Below, one piece after another: positions 24,991 to 37,953 of a DNA stretch of 64,000 bases. The DNA lies in NCBI RefSeq assembly GCF_021869535.1, contig NW_026262668.1, positions 34,286,001 through 34,350,000 of the forward strand, read 5' to 3'. Numbering within the stretch: position 1 is the stretch's first letter; the number at the start of each line of letters is the position of its first letter. Both the position numbers and the translations under genes were made by a program. The notes below the pieces were generated by a model, which saw only the letters and a list, made by a program, of their open reading frames with translations, did no database searches and was not told the DNA's origin. This DNA is from Mytilus californianus. Taxonomy: Eukaryota.

Positions 24991-26868
24991 GATTGATTCC
25001 ATGGATCATTTTCATATACAGCGTTTGAAAGAGATTGCGCTATACAGGAAAATGTATTAAGTTTCATTGTAGTATCTTGTATGGAAATGTTCAAATTAAT
25101 GAAAATTTTGTTATTTCAAGCGAAATATGCTAACTTTTAAATATCAATAGACAATAATGCTTGATTTCTCAAAATTGCATGAATATTGCATTAATGCCCT
25201 CCGTTCGTAATAAGAAAAAATATGTTATTCAAATCTCAAAAGAATGTCTTTAAAGTACTCTCCACTTCTATTCAATTGCAAGTTACGAATCTATAATTTA
25301 ATTTTGTGCTTATTTTGTCGTTGGAGATATTTCAATCAATTATAACAAATAATGTTGTACGATAATTATAGTAAAGATGGTATTTCAGATTCTAATTATT
25401 ACCAAATGAGTATTCTCACTTCTTTAATTGAAATTTAAATTATCATTAGAACTGAAGGTTGAGACGTGTTCTAGATATTTGTTAACTGAAAGCACTATTT
25501 AATAGCTTCCAATGAATTTTTGCACACAATGCAACGTGGAATGCGTTCTAGAGTAACAACTGTTCTAAAGGTTACAAACATCTTGTATTATACTATTGTT
25601 ATTAGAGGCAGTATAACCAGATGTAGTAGTAGTTGTTGTAGTAGTAGACCTTTTCAACAACTCTCGACACCGACTATTGACACCTACAGTTAATATGAGA
25701 AATAGAGGGGTCGTATCAAAGATAAAAATCATTCAGGTATAACATGCATGTAACATATACTACACATTCGAGTTGAACGGTATTATTTTGAAAAAGGACG
25801 GATATTAAGCAAATATAGCTATTGTGGATTTTCTGTGTTTTTTTCCCTTTCTTTCATATAAAACTTATTATATGTAAGCATTTATTTATAAACCATTTCT
25901 CTTTCAATTCTATAAATCGAATAAAAAAAAAAAAAAATCTGCAATCTATTCACATCCGAATCCTTTGCTTCTTCGGTAATATCATTATTAATATTTAGCT
26001 GTACGAGTTTTCCATGGAAGACCGCACCGCTTACCAATAGCCGTTAACTCGTTTTTGGAATGTTATTTTTTTTACTCTTTTCTCTTGTCCCTGGATTTGT
26101 TTTTGTTTCTTGATTTTCCCTTTTGTTGATCTACGCTTCTGTTTTCTACTCTTATCTAGTTTCACTATGCTTCCCAATTGACTTTTTAATTTCACCTTTG
26201 ACCAAACATAGGGGGAGCTGTTGGATCCAATTATATAAGTAAAACCCCCTCCGAATATGTTATGCGACGGTTCCAAGCCCAGAATATGTTGGTCAATGGT
26301 ATATTCTTTTCTCGGAAGAATTTTTATTTTACAATATTATGCTGCGGCATTGTATTTGATCTCTTTTTTTTGTCGGGGCCGATCAGATCTCGCTGCTTGG
26401 TAATGATTACCCGACAGTATTGAAGATCACGCGGTAACTCTTAATGTCTGTTTTATGTGTTGCATTGTGTGATTTTATGCTTTACTCGTGCCGTGTCCAT
26501 AACCCGTGTCTGCCTTTTCCCATTATTGTCAAAGTCTGTTATGTGCTTTTGGAATTAAAAACAAAATATAACCAAAATATGAAATAGGACATTCGCTTTA
26601 TCTAAATGTTCTGTACAACTTGTCACTAAATACAGATTTAAATTGAACATAGTATGAGTGAATTAAAAAAAAAAATGCTAAGTACGAAGGAATCTTGAGG
26701 CCAAAAATAACGGACTTTGTATAGAAATGTGCCGCCCATGTTAATAGACATAAAACAATTGTCTGTTTAAATATTTACTACTTTTATTTTCCTAGTTTAA
26801 AGTAGCTTTAATCTCATCTTCTAAATATATTGCATAGAATATTAAAGATCTCACTTTCATTCATTCAT

Positions 26869-27053
26869 GGGGGGTCTGGATACTATTCTGTATTCTCTTA
26901 CTTTTAAAGCCATTTTCTATTTCTATTATTTTGCCCATTGTTATCTATTCTTTTTTTTTTGCCTTTTTTTCTTTATTCTTTATTTTTTTTTGCCCCATGA
27001 TTCTGTAGTATTGGTTCATTTATGTCTATTCTGTAAACCCCATCAAGACCCTC
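26869..27053 (-). mobile_element. Second, inverted copy of the 24747 MITE
   Basis: GGGGGTCTGGAT...CTATTCTGTAAACCCCATCAAGACCCTC; ATTCAT on both flanks (possible 6-bp TSD). Confidence 0.6.
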
Positions 27054-27437
27054 ATTCATACTCAATTCAAAAATAAAATTAAAGAATTTAAATCAGCAAA
27101 TGGTTTATAACAAAAAAAATATCGTTGTGGTGAATACATATAGGCAACAACAAAATCATTTCAATTCAGTTACGGTTAACCATTATATACACCCATTACT
27201 ACTTTGAGACGACCACTTACATCTTACCTGTCGTAGTCGTTGTCAACTGTAGGTGTAGACAATTGTTGAAAAGGTCTAGTAGTAGATATACATTGATAAG
27301 AAACTGAGGATTCAACTCCCTCAGGCAAATGTGACCATAGGTGGATTTGGTTATTATTTTTATGTCCTTTTTGGTCATATAGCTCTTCAACTGTTTAAGT
27401 TTTTATACATTCTTGGCTTTCAAACATTTGACATTGA

Positions 27438-27479
27438 GCGTTCCTGATGAAGGTAAATCCAGAAAAGCGCTTTGGACGC
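27438..27479 (+). ncRNA. Minimal type-I hammerhead ribozyme motif
   Basis: GCGUUC-CUGAUGA-A(GG-UAAAU-CC)A-GAAA-AGCGCU (palindrome)-UU-GGACGC; stem I 6 of 6 pairs, intact core, very short stem II. Confidence 0.65.
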
Positions 27480-29399
27480 ATGACATTTATAAGGTGTTGT
27501 TTTCATGTTTTAGTAGTATTATAATTATATTTGTTGTAGTTGTTGATCAGACGCAGAAATTACGTATACATTGCACTATAAATTCAAATTTCATGAAAAT
27601 CCCATTTCGATATTTTTTTCACATCAGTGCCATTTTCAAAAAGTAATCTAATATGCTAAAATTTGCAGTATCATAACTTCATGTTTATACTTGTAGGCCT
27701 TAACATCATTTAATTTATATCGTAATTACTATTATGTAAATGATTCTAAATAATAACTGCTAAAAAATTGTTCAAAACTTAAATATGATAGACTGTATCA
27801 AATGTCATTATTATTCCTACAAACTGATAAGAGCATTCCTAAAAAAAAAAGCAAACATTTTATTAAAGGTAGAGCTATGAACTGTCTTTCATAATTCGTT
27901 TACTTTTGTTGTTGATGTCTTTTCATGCAAATTAATACAAAAAAACTTTAAATTTTTTTAAGATTTCAAGCAAAAAAATGTGTACATACATTGTGTGTAT
28001 ACTATTTTTATCGAGAAATTGAGCAAACTGCTTTTAACAGAAACAAGACTACAAAGGCAATTGAAACGTCAATATTTTGTATCTGAAGCCATACAAGATA
28101 TTATTTGTACTTTATTTAGAAAAACAACATATCAGATATGATACTGACTTTGGATAAACTCATTATAGATAACAGGATTAAAATTGTGCACGAAAGGAAG
28201 ATTCATCAGTGACTCTCGAATAAAAAAAGTTAAAGAACAAGAAAAGGCCAAATAAAGTAAGATAAGTGTCGCATTCTGACATGGATTAGTGTTACACCTT
28301 CAATTATATCATTTACACTGTTACCTAGTACATCAATGAATGAACTCTTATCATGACGTGATAAACTGCTGAATAATGAACAAAAATTCTATTAATAATT
28401 TGGTTGTTATAAACTCAACAGTTAAGCACACAGATTCTACACATTTTCAATACCTTTCTAATGATATAATCACCTACTATTGTAAATATACGCCCTACAA
28501 TATCTCTTTCAATCATTAAAAACGCCTTAAACTTACATTAGACAATCTATTGATGAACATCCCTAATTACAGGCGGTAGCTGCAAACATTTTGCAAAAGT
28601 GTGAGGACACCTTGGCTTTGTAACCGACGCGAATAACCAGTATATAGCGATGTTAATGAGGATGATATCTCATTGTACGTCAATGCTCAAGTTATTTGAT
28701 TTGATTTGATTGATATTTGCCCTCAATTCACATATTTTAACTATAATTTTTGTCAAAACAACCTTTTACATTTCAAGCAGATCAATAAAAAACATATTTG
28801 ATTTGATATTAGCTTATTTAATATTATTAGTTTAAGATGTGTATATGTACAATTACTGCACCTTTGTTACTGCATTTTGTTGTTACTTTCTTGTACGTGT
28901 GGGTCATTTTGTGTTGAGTTGTTGTCTGTTTATTTCGTTTGTGGTTTGAATTCTGTATTTTCGGTACATTTCACATATGTCTTATTTGTCAGTACAGTCG
29001 AGTTACTCTTGGTTCGTCTACAGGATTTTTGTTTTCATGTGTGTTTACTTTTTGGTCTTGAAAAACCGACATGGTTAGAAAATATAAATGATAACACCAT
29101 TACAAACTAAATTCCATTTTAATATTTTTGTCATGGTTAGAAAATACATAAAATAATACCATTGTAAACTCAATCCCAATTTAACATTCTTGTACTTGTC
29201 TATAAATAAAACAAATCTATTTTATTTTTTGAAAATTTACTTGTGATAATATAAACGTCAGAAAAATACGTCACTTTTGTGACGTTGTTCCATTCATGTG
29301 ACGCGCAGTTTATTTATTTTTCGTTTATAGTGTCCTGGTGTGCTGTCGTAAATTCATGGGAGGTGTCCGTTGTTATTCTGCGTGTTGTAATGTACTATT

Positions 29400-29785
29400 A
29401 TATTATCTATTTATGTATTTCTCTGTGCTGAGTGTTCTTGCGTTTGTTTGTACTGTATTCCTGTCACATAGTGTTGTCATTTTAGCGGTATTTTTAACAT
29501 TGCCGTATAAGCGGGAGGTTTTGTTAGCCATAAAACCAGATTCAAACCACCATTTTTTCTTAAAATGTCCTGTACCAAGTCAGGAATATGGCAGATATTA
29601 TCTACAGTCCGTTTCTATGTATGTTGGCGTTTGCTTTTGTTATAGTTCAGTGTTTCTGTTGTTCCGTTGTTTTCCTCTCATAGTTGATGTGTTTCCCTCG
29701 GTTTTAGTTTGTTACCCGGATTTTGTTTTTTGCTTATTCTAATTTTGACTATTGAACAGCGGTATACTACTGTTGCCTTAATTAC
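29400..29785 (+). repeat. PLE-type tail variant
   Basis: CATAAAACCAGATTCAAACCACCATTTTTTCTTAAAATGTCCTGTACCAAGTCAGGAATATGGCAG resembles the tails at 33440-33520 and 40800-40870. Confidence 0.55.
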
Positions 29786-30299
29786 TGGTGATTTTTTACT
29801 TATAAATTTAAAGTATAGTATTATATGCCCATTCATTATGATTATAGAAACTAGAAAGACCAGCACAGATGGAATTGAAAAGTAATTGGCATTACAGACC
29901 ATATTTTCAATGTAATTCATTACTTTCAATTACTTGTAATTGAAAAAAAAATCATATACAGATAACATTTAATTACAGGCGAAATTACAATTGTATTTTT
30001 TCAATTTCCCAATGTCTAGTCCATATACAATCCTCAACAATTATATCTTTACATTTCGTCAAGCTTAAAAAAAGAACCCACTTTAAATATTTTTGAATAT
30101 ATTTAAAAGAGAATATTATTAGTTACATAGTGTGCTAGTGACCTAATACGGTATATATGGTGTCAGTAAATTCCATATGGGGTGAGAGCGAAGCATTACG
30201 AAACTACTTCTATTGATCATATAAAAACAGATGCCAACAATAACAACTTGTTAGCTTTAAATGTGTTTTATGAATTTATTTCAATCTTAATCACCAATT

Positions 30300-33200
30300 T
30301 CTTCGTTTGTTGAAACATTTAAGATTTTTTTTCAGTACCGTTTTGTTTTTATAAAGGGACGTAACACCACTACTAACCGTGTATAGAAATAACCTAATAT
30401 GGAATATACACGGTCTCCACGCGATAACCAATCATATTCTAGAAATGTATAGGAGGTAAGATAATAAAGAATCTACTATGAACACCAAGTAAATTCTCAA
30501 ATGACATAAAAAAACAAAGCACAACAGCTGGCAAAGTTCCCAAATTGGTACAGACATATGAACAGATATCAGCGTTAAACTAGTTATATGATGAGATCTC
30601 AACTCTCATTTTAATTCAAAAATTTGCAAAAGTTACATTTTACTGATAAAACTTTACTTTAATTCCACTTGACGTAATAGTGCTGTAGTCTTACGTTACT
30701 TCCATAAATGAAACTGTTGATATGTATATTAGATAAATACACTTTGAGTAAATTGCTTATGAGACATTTACCCATCATGGACAGTAATTGAAGGGGTTGG
30801 CCATGTTTTTTATTTTAAATTTAAATACAATATATTTAAACTCTATCAGTTCAGTTGTCGAAAAAAAGATACAGAGACAACGGACCATAAACATAATTTA
30901 AGAAACAAAGAGATTGAATTTTTTGTTCAAAAATGTCTGTTCCAATTTAGGACTAAGGCAGTCAATTTCTGTTGTTCTCATTATGATTTTCTTAAAACTG
31001 GTAAGCATAGGCATTTTTTAAGAAGATACCTTAATGTCTAGTACATCTGTTATTCTATTTTCTGAGGTGCATTCCTATGAACAAACAATATTTCATAAGT
31101 AGAAAATAGGTAGGGTCAATTTCCCCTGTATTCCTTTCACACATTGGGTTTTCTAATAACATTTTGTAATTCTGAACATGTTACAAAATTATAAATGTCA
31201 AAGATGGCTATAAATGCAATTTTGATAGGTTTGCCTTTTGCATATTTTATCCAAATACACGTTTATCAAATGTTTGATATATTTTTTGGTCTTTTTTAGC
31301 ATTCAAATTTCCAGTAGGTTTTCACAGTTTTCTTATTTTGCACCTGTGAGAGAATAAAATACTGGTGAAATTGATCTACCTTTTTGTCACACCTGTTATA
31401 CTCCTTATACATTAATGATATAGTATACTTTTAAGCTTCTGAAAACGTATATTTAACTGAAGTATTTAAAATACCTAAGATAATTATTATTCTGTTTTTC
31501 TGAAAATTATTGTTACTTTTGATGCAGATAATACAGTTGTGATGACAGAATCAAATGAAGATCTTCAAAAAAAAAAAAATTTCATTGGTGATTACTGTTC
31601 ACAATTAAATGTCTCGATTTTTTTTTCTTTAACGGTTAATAAGCTTATGAATTATTAGTGAACAAAATATTAAGAATCTGGACGGGTTTTTGAATCATAC
31701 CAAGTATAGGGTAGGCAACAGAACGAACGAAAGATTTGTCTGTTAAAAATCAGAAGGATTGTATGACAGAATTATTAAACATAAACTTGTGTATGGATGT
31801 AAAACATTTTGATTTAAGATTACGTGATGGAACATTCAGGGATCATTTCAATTTCTTAAAACTTCTCTTGCATTCGAAGTATTAACCACATATAATATTA
31901 TCCCATCCTTTTTTTGATATAACAATTAAAAGCAAAACTGATACTCTCTTAAGTGCAATATGTTACATAAAAATGAGAAAATACCTCTACCACATATAGT
32001 TTAATTAACTTGCGAATAAAGTAAAATGAAATAAGTTTAACTTATGACAAATAATAAAAAGTCAGAAAGAAAATTTAATATCTGCATAAAATCAAATGGA
32101 GAGATGAATGTCCAGAAACCTCAACCGAACAAACATGTTTCCATGACCATGTTCCTCTCGTTGAAAAGAGTACGCAAAAATCATTCGGATAAAAAAAAAT
32201 ATCCTCCTGATTGACGGAATAACACCTAAAAGTGTTGTTATCAACCTGTAAAATCACGAAGGTTCAGATAAAACCTAAATGACCATCTAAATTACATTTA
32301 CTGATGTTTAATGAATTTGCTTAATCCCGAATTCCTTTCCATCTTTTTTTTTATTTTGGTTCGGGCTTTAGGTTTCTAAGTAGTGTATTCTTTAATATTT
32401 GTTTTTTTTTTTCATTATATCTTTTTTTTTCTTTTAGTTATGGTGTTGTTTGTGTTTCAGTTTACTTGTAATTTGTTATTGCCCCTTGGTATGTTCTGTA
32501 AATACTGACCTAAGTGTATTAACCATATGTGGATTCTAAAAATCTCTAAAGAACTTCCGGATAATTTTAACTTTCGATATTTCTCTGAAATTAATTCTAT
32601 CAAAATTTTTTCAACCCTGTATACCACTATTCCCCATGTGAAATCGTCTAAAAGAAATAATCCACAATGCTTTTCAATATAAAAATGGTAGCATACGCTA
32701 TAAATTTATTACTTTGGGATACCATGCGGCATATTTTGTTAATAGCGAGCAAAAAGGTAAAACATGCTACACAGAGGAACAAGTGATCAGTATGCTTGAG
32801 TTTCTTATTGACAACATATTTGTTGAACTTGGAGGTAGACTTTTTCAGCAAATTATCGGCATTCCTATGGGAACGAACTTGCGCCACTCCTTGCCGACAT
32901 CTTCTTATTTTCATATGAGTCGGAGTTCCTTCAGACACTTGTCAGGAACAAGAAGATAAAAAAAGCCAGATAATTTAATAATTTCACATTCAGATATGTA
33001 TTGAAGAGCTTGCAGCTGCTACCCAGACTTTAAAAGACGTCACCAGTGTCTGAGCAGAAATTTGTTGAACCAGGGTTATATCAAATAATGTCTCGTCCTT
33101 TTTTCTAAAAAAAAGTTCATCGGAAGATTCCATGACCTTATTGATAAATATTCCGTATTAACGTCGTGGCTCGGTACTTTTGCATCCCGCCAATGTGTTG

Positions 33201-33841
33201 TTGTGCTGTGGTCATTTTTTGTATTCTTGTCTTTCGTTTTTGCTTATATTTGTCTTTATGTCATTTTGTTTTTCTTTGTTGACATATTTGTTTGTTTTTA
33301 TAATGATTTAGATTATAACACAATTTTGACTGCTGTACCCTATTTTTGACACTTTTACCTATTATGTCTGTTTGTTTTGTTCACACATTGTTGTCAATAT
33401 AATGAAATTTTATGCGACTGTCATACAAGTGAGAGGTTTATCTAGCTATGAAACCAGGTTTAATCCACCATTTTCTACATAAGGAAATGCCTGTACCAAG
33501 TGAGGAATTTGACAGTTGTTTTCTATTCGTTTGATGTGTTTGCGCTTTTGATTTTGCTATTTTATAAGGGACTTTCCGATTTGATTTTTCCTTGGAGTTC
33601 GGTATTTTTGTTATTTTACTTTTTTCTTACATTTCTTTAGCAGTAGTAATAGAAAACTGCCGCTTATATCCAGCCATAGACGGTTACAAATAATAATATA
33701 TATGTCTACAGTTTAAGGGATGGTGTATAGTTATTTCTTTCCATTCTGATTAATTTCTCAATTTCTTCTCTCATCACATGCCGATTAACCTTGGTAATTG
33801 ATACCGTGCTGCTTACATTCACTAAACCTGGTTAACACTTC
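30300..33841 (-). pseudogene. Possible decayed multi-exon gene for a lectin-like type I membrane protein
   Basis: AG/GT-bounded segments with disrupted frames: 33841-33631 (W-L-G-Y-K-R-Q-F-S-I-T-T after a 1-nt fix), 32247-32075 (RCYSVNQEDIFFYPND-C), 31343-31033 (Cys-containing), about 30800-30650 (Ser/Thr-rich), about 30450-30300 (hydrophobic then KTKR). Pattern impression only. Confidence 0.2.
32515..33625 (+). mobile_element. Naiad-type PLE fragment (decayed RT with internal deletion, plus 3' tail)
   Basis: NHMWILK...STLYTTIPH...MLEFLIDNIFVELGGRLFQQIIGIPMGTN...FNFTFRY, deletion, ACSCYPDF...LLNQGY; tail 33160-33625. Confidence 0.85.
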
Positions 33842-34211
33842 CTACAAAAATTGATCTATCAATTACGTTAGGGAGAGTGATATAATTTAAGGCAGCATGG
33901 AATGAGTTATTCATATATTCGGTCAAAACAAATTTGTCGACGTAAGTATGATCATAATTGTGATATCCAGCGAAACTTTTCAATTATCTATTATACCCTT
34001 GGACTTAAATGAAATCAAATTGATTACAGAAATTCTGAGATTTTGTCTATTATTATTTGGTACCATGTTATTTTGATTTACTGCTGCTAGGTCGATGCAT
34101 ATGATGGTGAACAGCAAGTCTCCGAGATCATCATTAGTCCGATGGCTTAATAAAATAGGGTTTAATATAGAAATATGGAACGCCAAAACTGTTTTGTTAT
34201 GCCCATTTTCA

Positions 34212-34548
34212 TTATATGATGTGCATCTACCTTAATTTGATGTGTACTTGTCATTATATGATGTGCAAACACCTTTGCATGATGTGCAAATATCTTTATG
34301 TGATGTGCAAACATAATTATATGATGGACAAATGTACTTATATGATGTGTAAATATCCTTACATGATGTGCAAATATACTTATATGCATTTTCCCTTATA
34401 TAATGTGCATTTTCCCTTATATCATATGCAAACATCTTTGTATGATTTGGTTGTGTCATTACATTATGTACTTGTAACATTATATTATGTGGCTATGTTT
34501 ACTTCATTATATGATGTCAAAACGTCCTTTTATGATGTGCTTTCATCG
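34212..34548 (+). repeat. 21-bp minisatellite, left arm
   Basis: About 16 degenerate units, consensus near TTATATGATGTGCAAATATCC. Confidence 0.9.
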
Positions 34549-35219
34549 TTGTTATGGTCAATGAACATTATTACGATTAGAACGATTACTGTCTACGTCA
34601 TAACGGATTCCAGTCTGCTTCTCCAGAATTACTATAAACCCGGCTCAAATCTGAAGCTATCGTTTGAAAAATGGTTGAGATTTTAAAAAAGATAAACATT
34701 GGCACGTTGGTGCATCGTTTTAAAGATGAAAAATTCACATCCTAATAATTGTTGGAAAATTGTCAAAATATGAAATGCAAAGTTTAGGTTTAATCGATGG
34801 GTCTACAATAATAAACATACGGTTAAAGTTGTCAAATTATGGGTACTCGACTGTGTATTGAGTACATGGAGTTCAATTATTTGATCTATCAGAGGATATT
34901 CTGCATATTTTTTGTTTTTAATGCCAGTTTACTGTTTTCGATCTAGCAGCTCCAGCCTCGTATCAGCTTCCGAAAGTGCAATTTATAGAAAAAATGAGAT
35001 AGTCCAATTTAAAAGAAAATCAACGTTTCAAACAATTCGGAGGAAGATTTTGATCTATTAAAACAGGAGGTTATTGAAGAATTTTCCAGCTGCGGCGAAA
35101 ATGTGATGATTTTTTTTTATTGCAAAAGACACCAATTAAATCACAGTCATTTTAAAAAGTATTTCATAAAAATAGCTATAAGATTATTAACTCATTCATA
35201 ATTATACCGGTATGGATGA

Positions 35220-35479
35220 TTGACAGATTGACTGATTGATTAATTGATTGATTGATTGATTGCTGTTTAACGCCACTTTCAACAGTTTCGTGCTATTTTG
35301 TGGCGGTAAGTTTATATTGGTGGAGGAAGCCGTAGTGCCCGGAGAGAACAACCGACCTTCGGTAAGAAAACTGATAATTCTAGTCAATTAATATTGGCGT
35401 CGAGCCTACCTACCACTAAGTGTCAACAGGCTAGTGATACAGTAGTTCGACCAATTAGACCACTCGGCCACCGAGGCCC
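35220..35479 (-). mobile_element. tRNA-derived SINE (family A) within the left arm
   Basis: Head GGGGCCTCGGTGGCCGAGTGG, core GTTCTCTCCGGGCACTACGGCTTCCTCCACC, (CAAT)n tail; 13-bp TSD CCGG(T/C)ATGGATGA at 35207-35219 and 35480-35492. Confidence 0.85.
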
Positions 35480-35593
35480 CCGGCATGGATGAAAGGAGAT
35501 ATGGGATGAACTTCAACTCGGTGCATTACATTTGCGCGCAGCTTTTCATTTTTTTTTTATGTTTTCGTGCAATTATTTTGCAGCTTCAACTAG

Positions 35594-35932
35594 ATGGTGA
35601 TGGATGGATGCTTAACGTACAGCGGCAAATTAATATGCATATTCAAGACGAGAACATGTAAATGTAATTTGAATATTTACCTTGCTTTGTAATAGACCGA
35701 CACGCATAGCCGGATTTTTAACGTGTAACAGTAACAGTCCATGTAACCTTACCTAGGCACATTATTCTGGTTCGGAGCCGACCAGTCTTTTCTCTCACTC
35801 TTTAATGCCGCGTGCTAAGCGGGGAAGTAGCAAATACCAATTTCAAAGTCTTTGGTTTGACCCGGCCGTGGATCGAATCCATGACCTCCCACACTCGAGG
35901 CGAACACGCTACCAAGAAACCATCCAGGCGTT
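35594..35932 (-). mobile_element. tRNA-derived SINE (family B) in the foldback spacer
   Basis: Full-length, with 11-bp TSD GCTTCAACTAG at 35583-35593 and 35933-35943. Confidence 0.85.
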
Positions 35933-36184
35933 GCTTCAACTAGTCAGTAAGTCGCAATATAAAAGGTTTCATTGGAAGCCGCTCATATATACATCTCCAG
36001 ACTCAAGGAATCGTAAACAGGGGTAAGGTACCGACCATTCACTCCTTTTTTTTTAAATGTTTGATTCCAAATTTCTTAAAAAAGACTTTTTTTTCTTTTC
36101 AGAAGGGAAGAAAAAAAATAGTTTGCTTCCATTGAAAATGAGAGAAAAAATAAAACAATAATGAAATTGAAAAATTAATATAAA

Positions 36185-36375
36185 TAAGAAGATGTGGTAT
36201 GAATGCCAATGAGACAACTCTCCATCCAAGTCACAATGTATAAAAAGTTAACAATCATAGGTCAAAGTACGGTTTCAAAACGGAGCCTTGGCTCACAACG
36301 AACAGCAAGATATAAAGCGCCCCAAAATGACCAGTGTAAAACAATTCAAACAGGAAAACCAACGGTATAATCTAC
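36185..36375 (-). repeat. PLE-type tail in the foldback spacer
   Basis: ATAAGAAGATGTGGTATGAATGCCAATGAGACAAC..., same family as 14038. Confidence 0.75.
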
Positions 36376-36675
36376 CTTGTTATTGAAAAAAAGTTTTATT
36401 GAAGTCGAAAAATATGTTTGTCCTGAGCACAAGGAAAAACACATGCTCCCACCCACAAAAGATCAAGATACAGATCTTGTGTCTAGGGTTTGGTTACAAG
36501 GATCTGACACCAGACCATTTTACCTTCTGTTCTGGTAATTATTACATCAGCCAATGAAATTTCAGCCTTCAAATTTTTGAAGGTGTGTATCAATCCGACG
36601 AAACCAGAGACCCAAATGGTCTTTAAACAGAAAATAGGAAATAGTTCATCCCATATCTCCTTTTATCCATAATGG

Positions 36676-36941
36676 GGGGCCTATGTGGCCGAGTGATCAC
36701 TAGCCTGTCAACACTTATGTCGCGAGTTCGAATCCTGCAAGTGGCAGGTAAGCTCAACTCCAATCTTAATTGACTAGAATTGTCAGTTTTCCTACGGAAG
36801 GTCGGTGGTTCTCTCCGGGCACTTCGGCTTCCGCCACCAATATAAACTGACCGCCACGAAATAGCATGATACTGTTGAAAGTGGCATTTAACACCAATCA
36901 ATGAACCAATTAATCAATCAACCAGTCAATCAATCAGTCAA
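36676..36941 (+). mobile_element. tRNA-derived SINE (family A) within the right arm
   Basis: Mirror of 35220-35479; B-box GAGTTCGAATCC retained; TSD copies at 36663-36675 (degenerate) and 36942-36954. Confidence 0.85.
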
Positions 36942-37596
36942 TCATCCATACCGGAATAATTATGCATGAGTAAATAATTTTATAGCTATTGTTATGAAAT
37001 ACTTTTGAAATGACTGTGAATAAATTGGTGTCTTTTGCAATAGATGTTGTTTTATCATATTTTCGCCGCAGCAGGAAAATTCATCAACTACCTCCTGTTT
37101 TAATGGATCAAAATCTTCCTCAAAATTGTTTGAATCGTTGATTTTCTTTTAAATTGCACTGTCTCATTTTTTCTATAAATTGCACTTTCGGAAACTGATA
37201 CGAGACTGGAGCTGCTAGATCAGAAACAGTAAACTGGCATTAAAAAAAATGCAGAATATCCTCTGGTAGATCAAATAATTAAACTCCAGGTGCTCAATAC
37301 ACAGTCGAGGACCCATAATTTAATAACTTTAACCGTATGTTCAATATTGTAGACCCATCGATTAAACCATAACTTTGCAATTCATATTTTGACAATTTTC
37401 CAACATTTATAAGTTGAGATTTTTTCATCTTTAAAACGAGGTACCAACGTGCCATGGTTTATCTCTTTTAAAATCTCAACCATTTTCTATACGATAGCTA
37501 CAGATTTGAGCCGGGATTATAGTAATTCCGGAGAAGCAGTTCGGAATCAGTTAAGACGTAGACAGTAATCGTTATTATGTTCATTGACCATAACAA

Positions 37597-37953
37597 CGAT
37601 GAAAGCACATCATATAAGGACGTTTTGACATTATATAATGAAGTAAACCGAACCACGTCATATAATGTTACAAGCACACAATATAATGACACAACCACAT
37701 GAGATAAGTACATTTACATATCGTATATTTGGACATCACATAAGGATATTGGCACATCATATAAGGATTTATGCCCAACATATAAGTATAATTGCACATC
37801 ATACTAGTATATTTGCACATCATATAAGTATATTTGCACATCATATATGGATGTTTGCACATCATATAAGGATATTTGCACATCACATAAAGGTATTTGC
37901 ACATCATATAATGACAAGTTCACATCATATAAAGGTAAATGCACATCATATAA
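37597..37953 (-). repeat. 21-bp minisatellite, right arm
   Basis: About 17 degenerate units of GGATATTTGCACATCATATAA. Confidence 0.9.

Noticed and set aside
26031-26330. Minus-strand Lys-rich open frame (KFFREKEYTIDQHILGLEPSH...KRVKK)
   Set aside because: No recognisable domain, TTG start only, low-complexity tail; may be an old TE fragment.
20045-36760. A-box/B-box sequences as tRNA genes (20055, 35860-35930, 35440-35480, 36676-36745; also 2700-2780)
   Set aside because: They are heads of SINEs with bodies, simple-repeat tails and TSDs; no full cloverleaf.
34212-37953. Regular short repeats as a possible CRISPR array
   Set aside because: Head-to-tail degenerate 21-mers with no unique spacers, no cas genes, eukaryotic context. 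The same applies to the 127-bp triplet at 14112.
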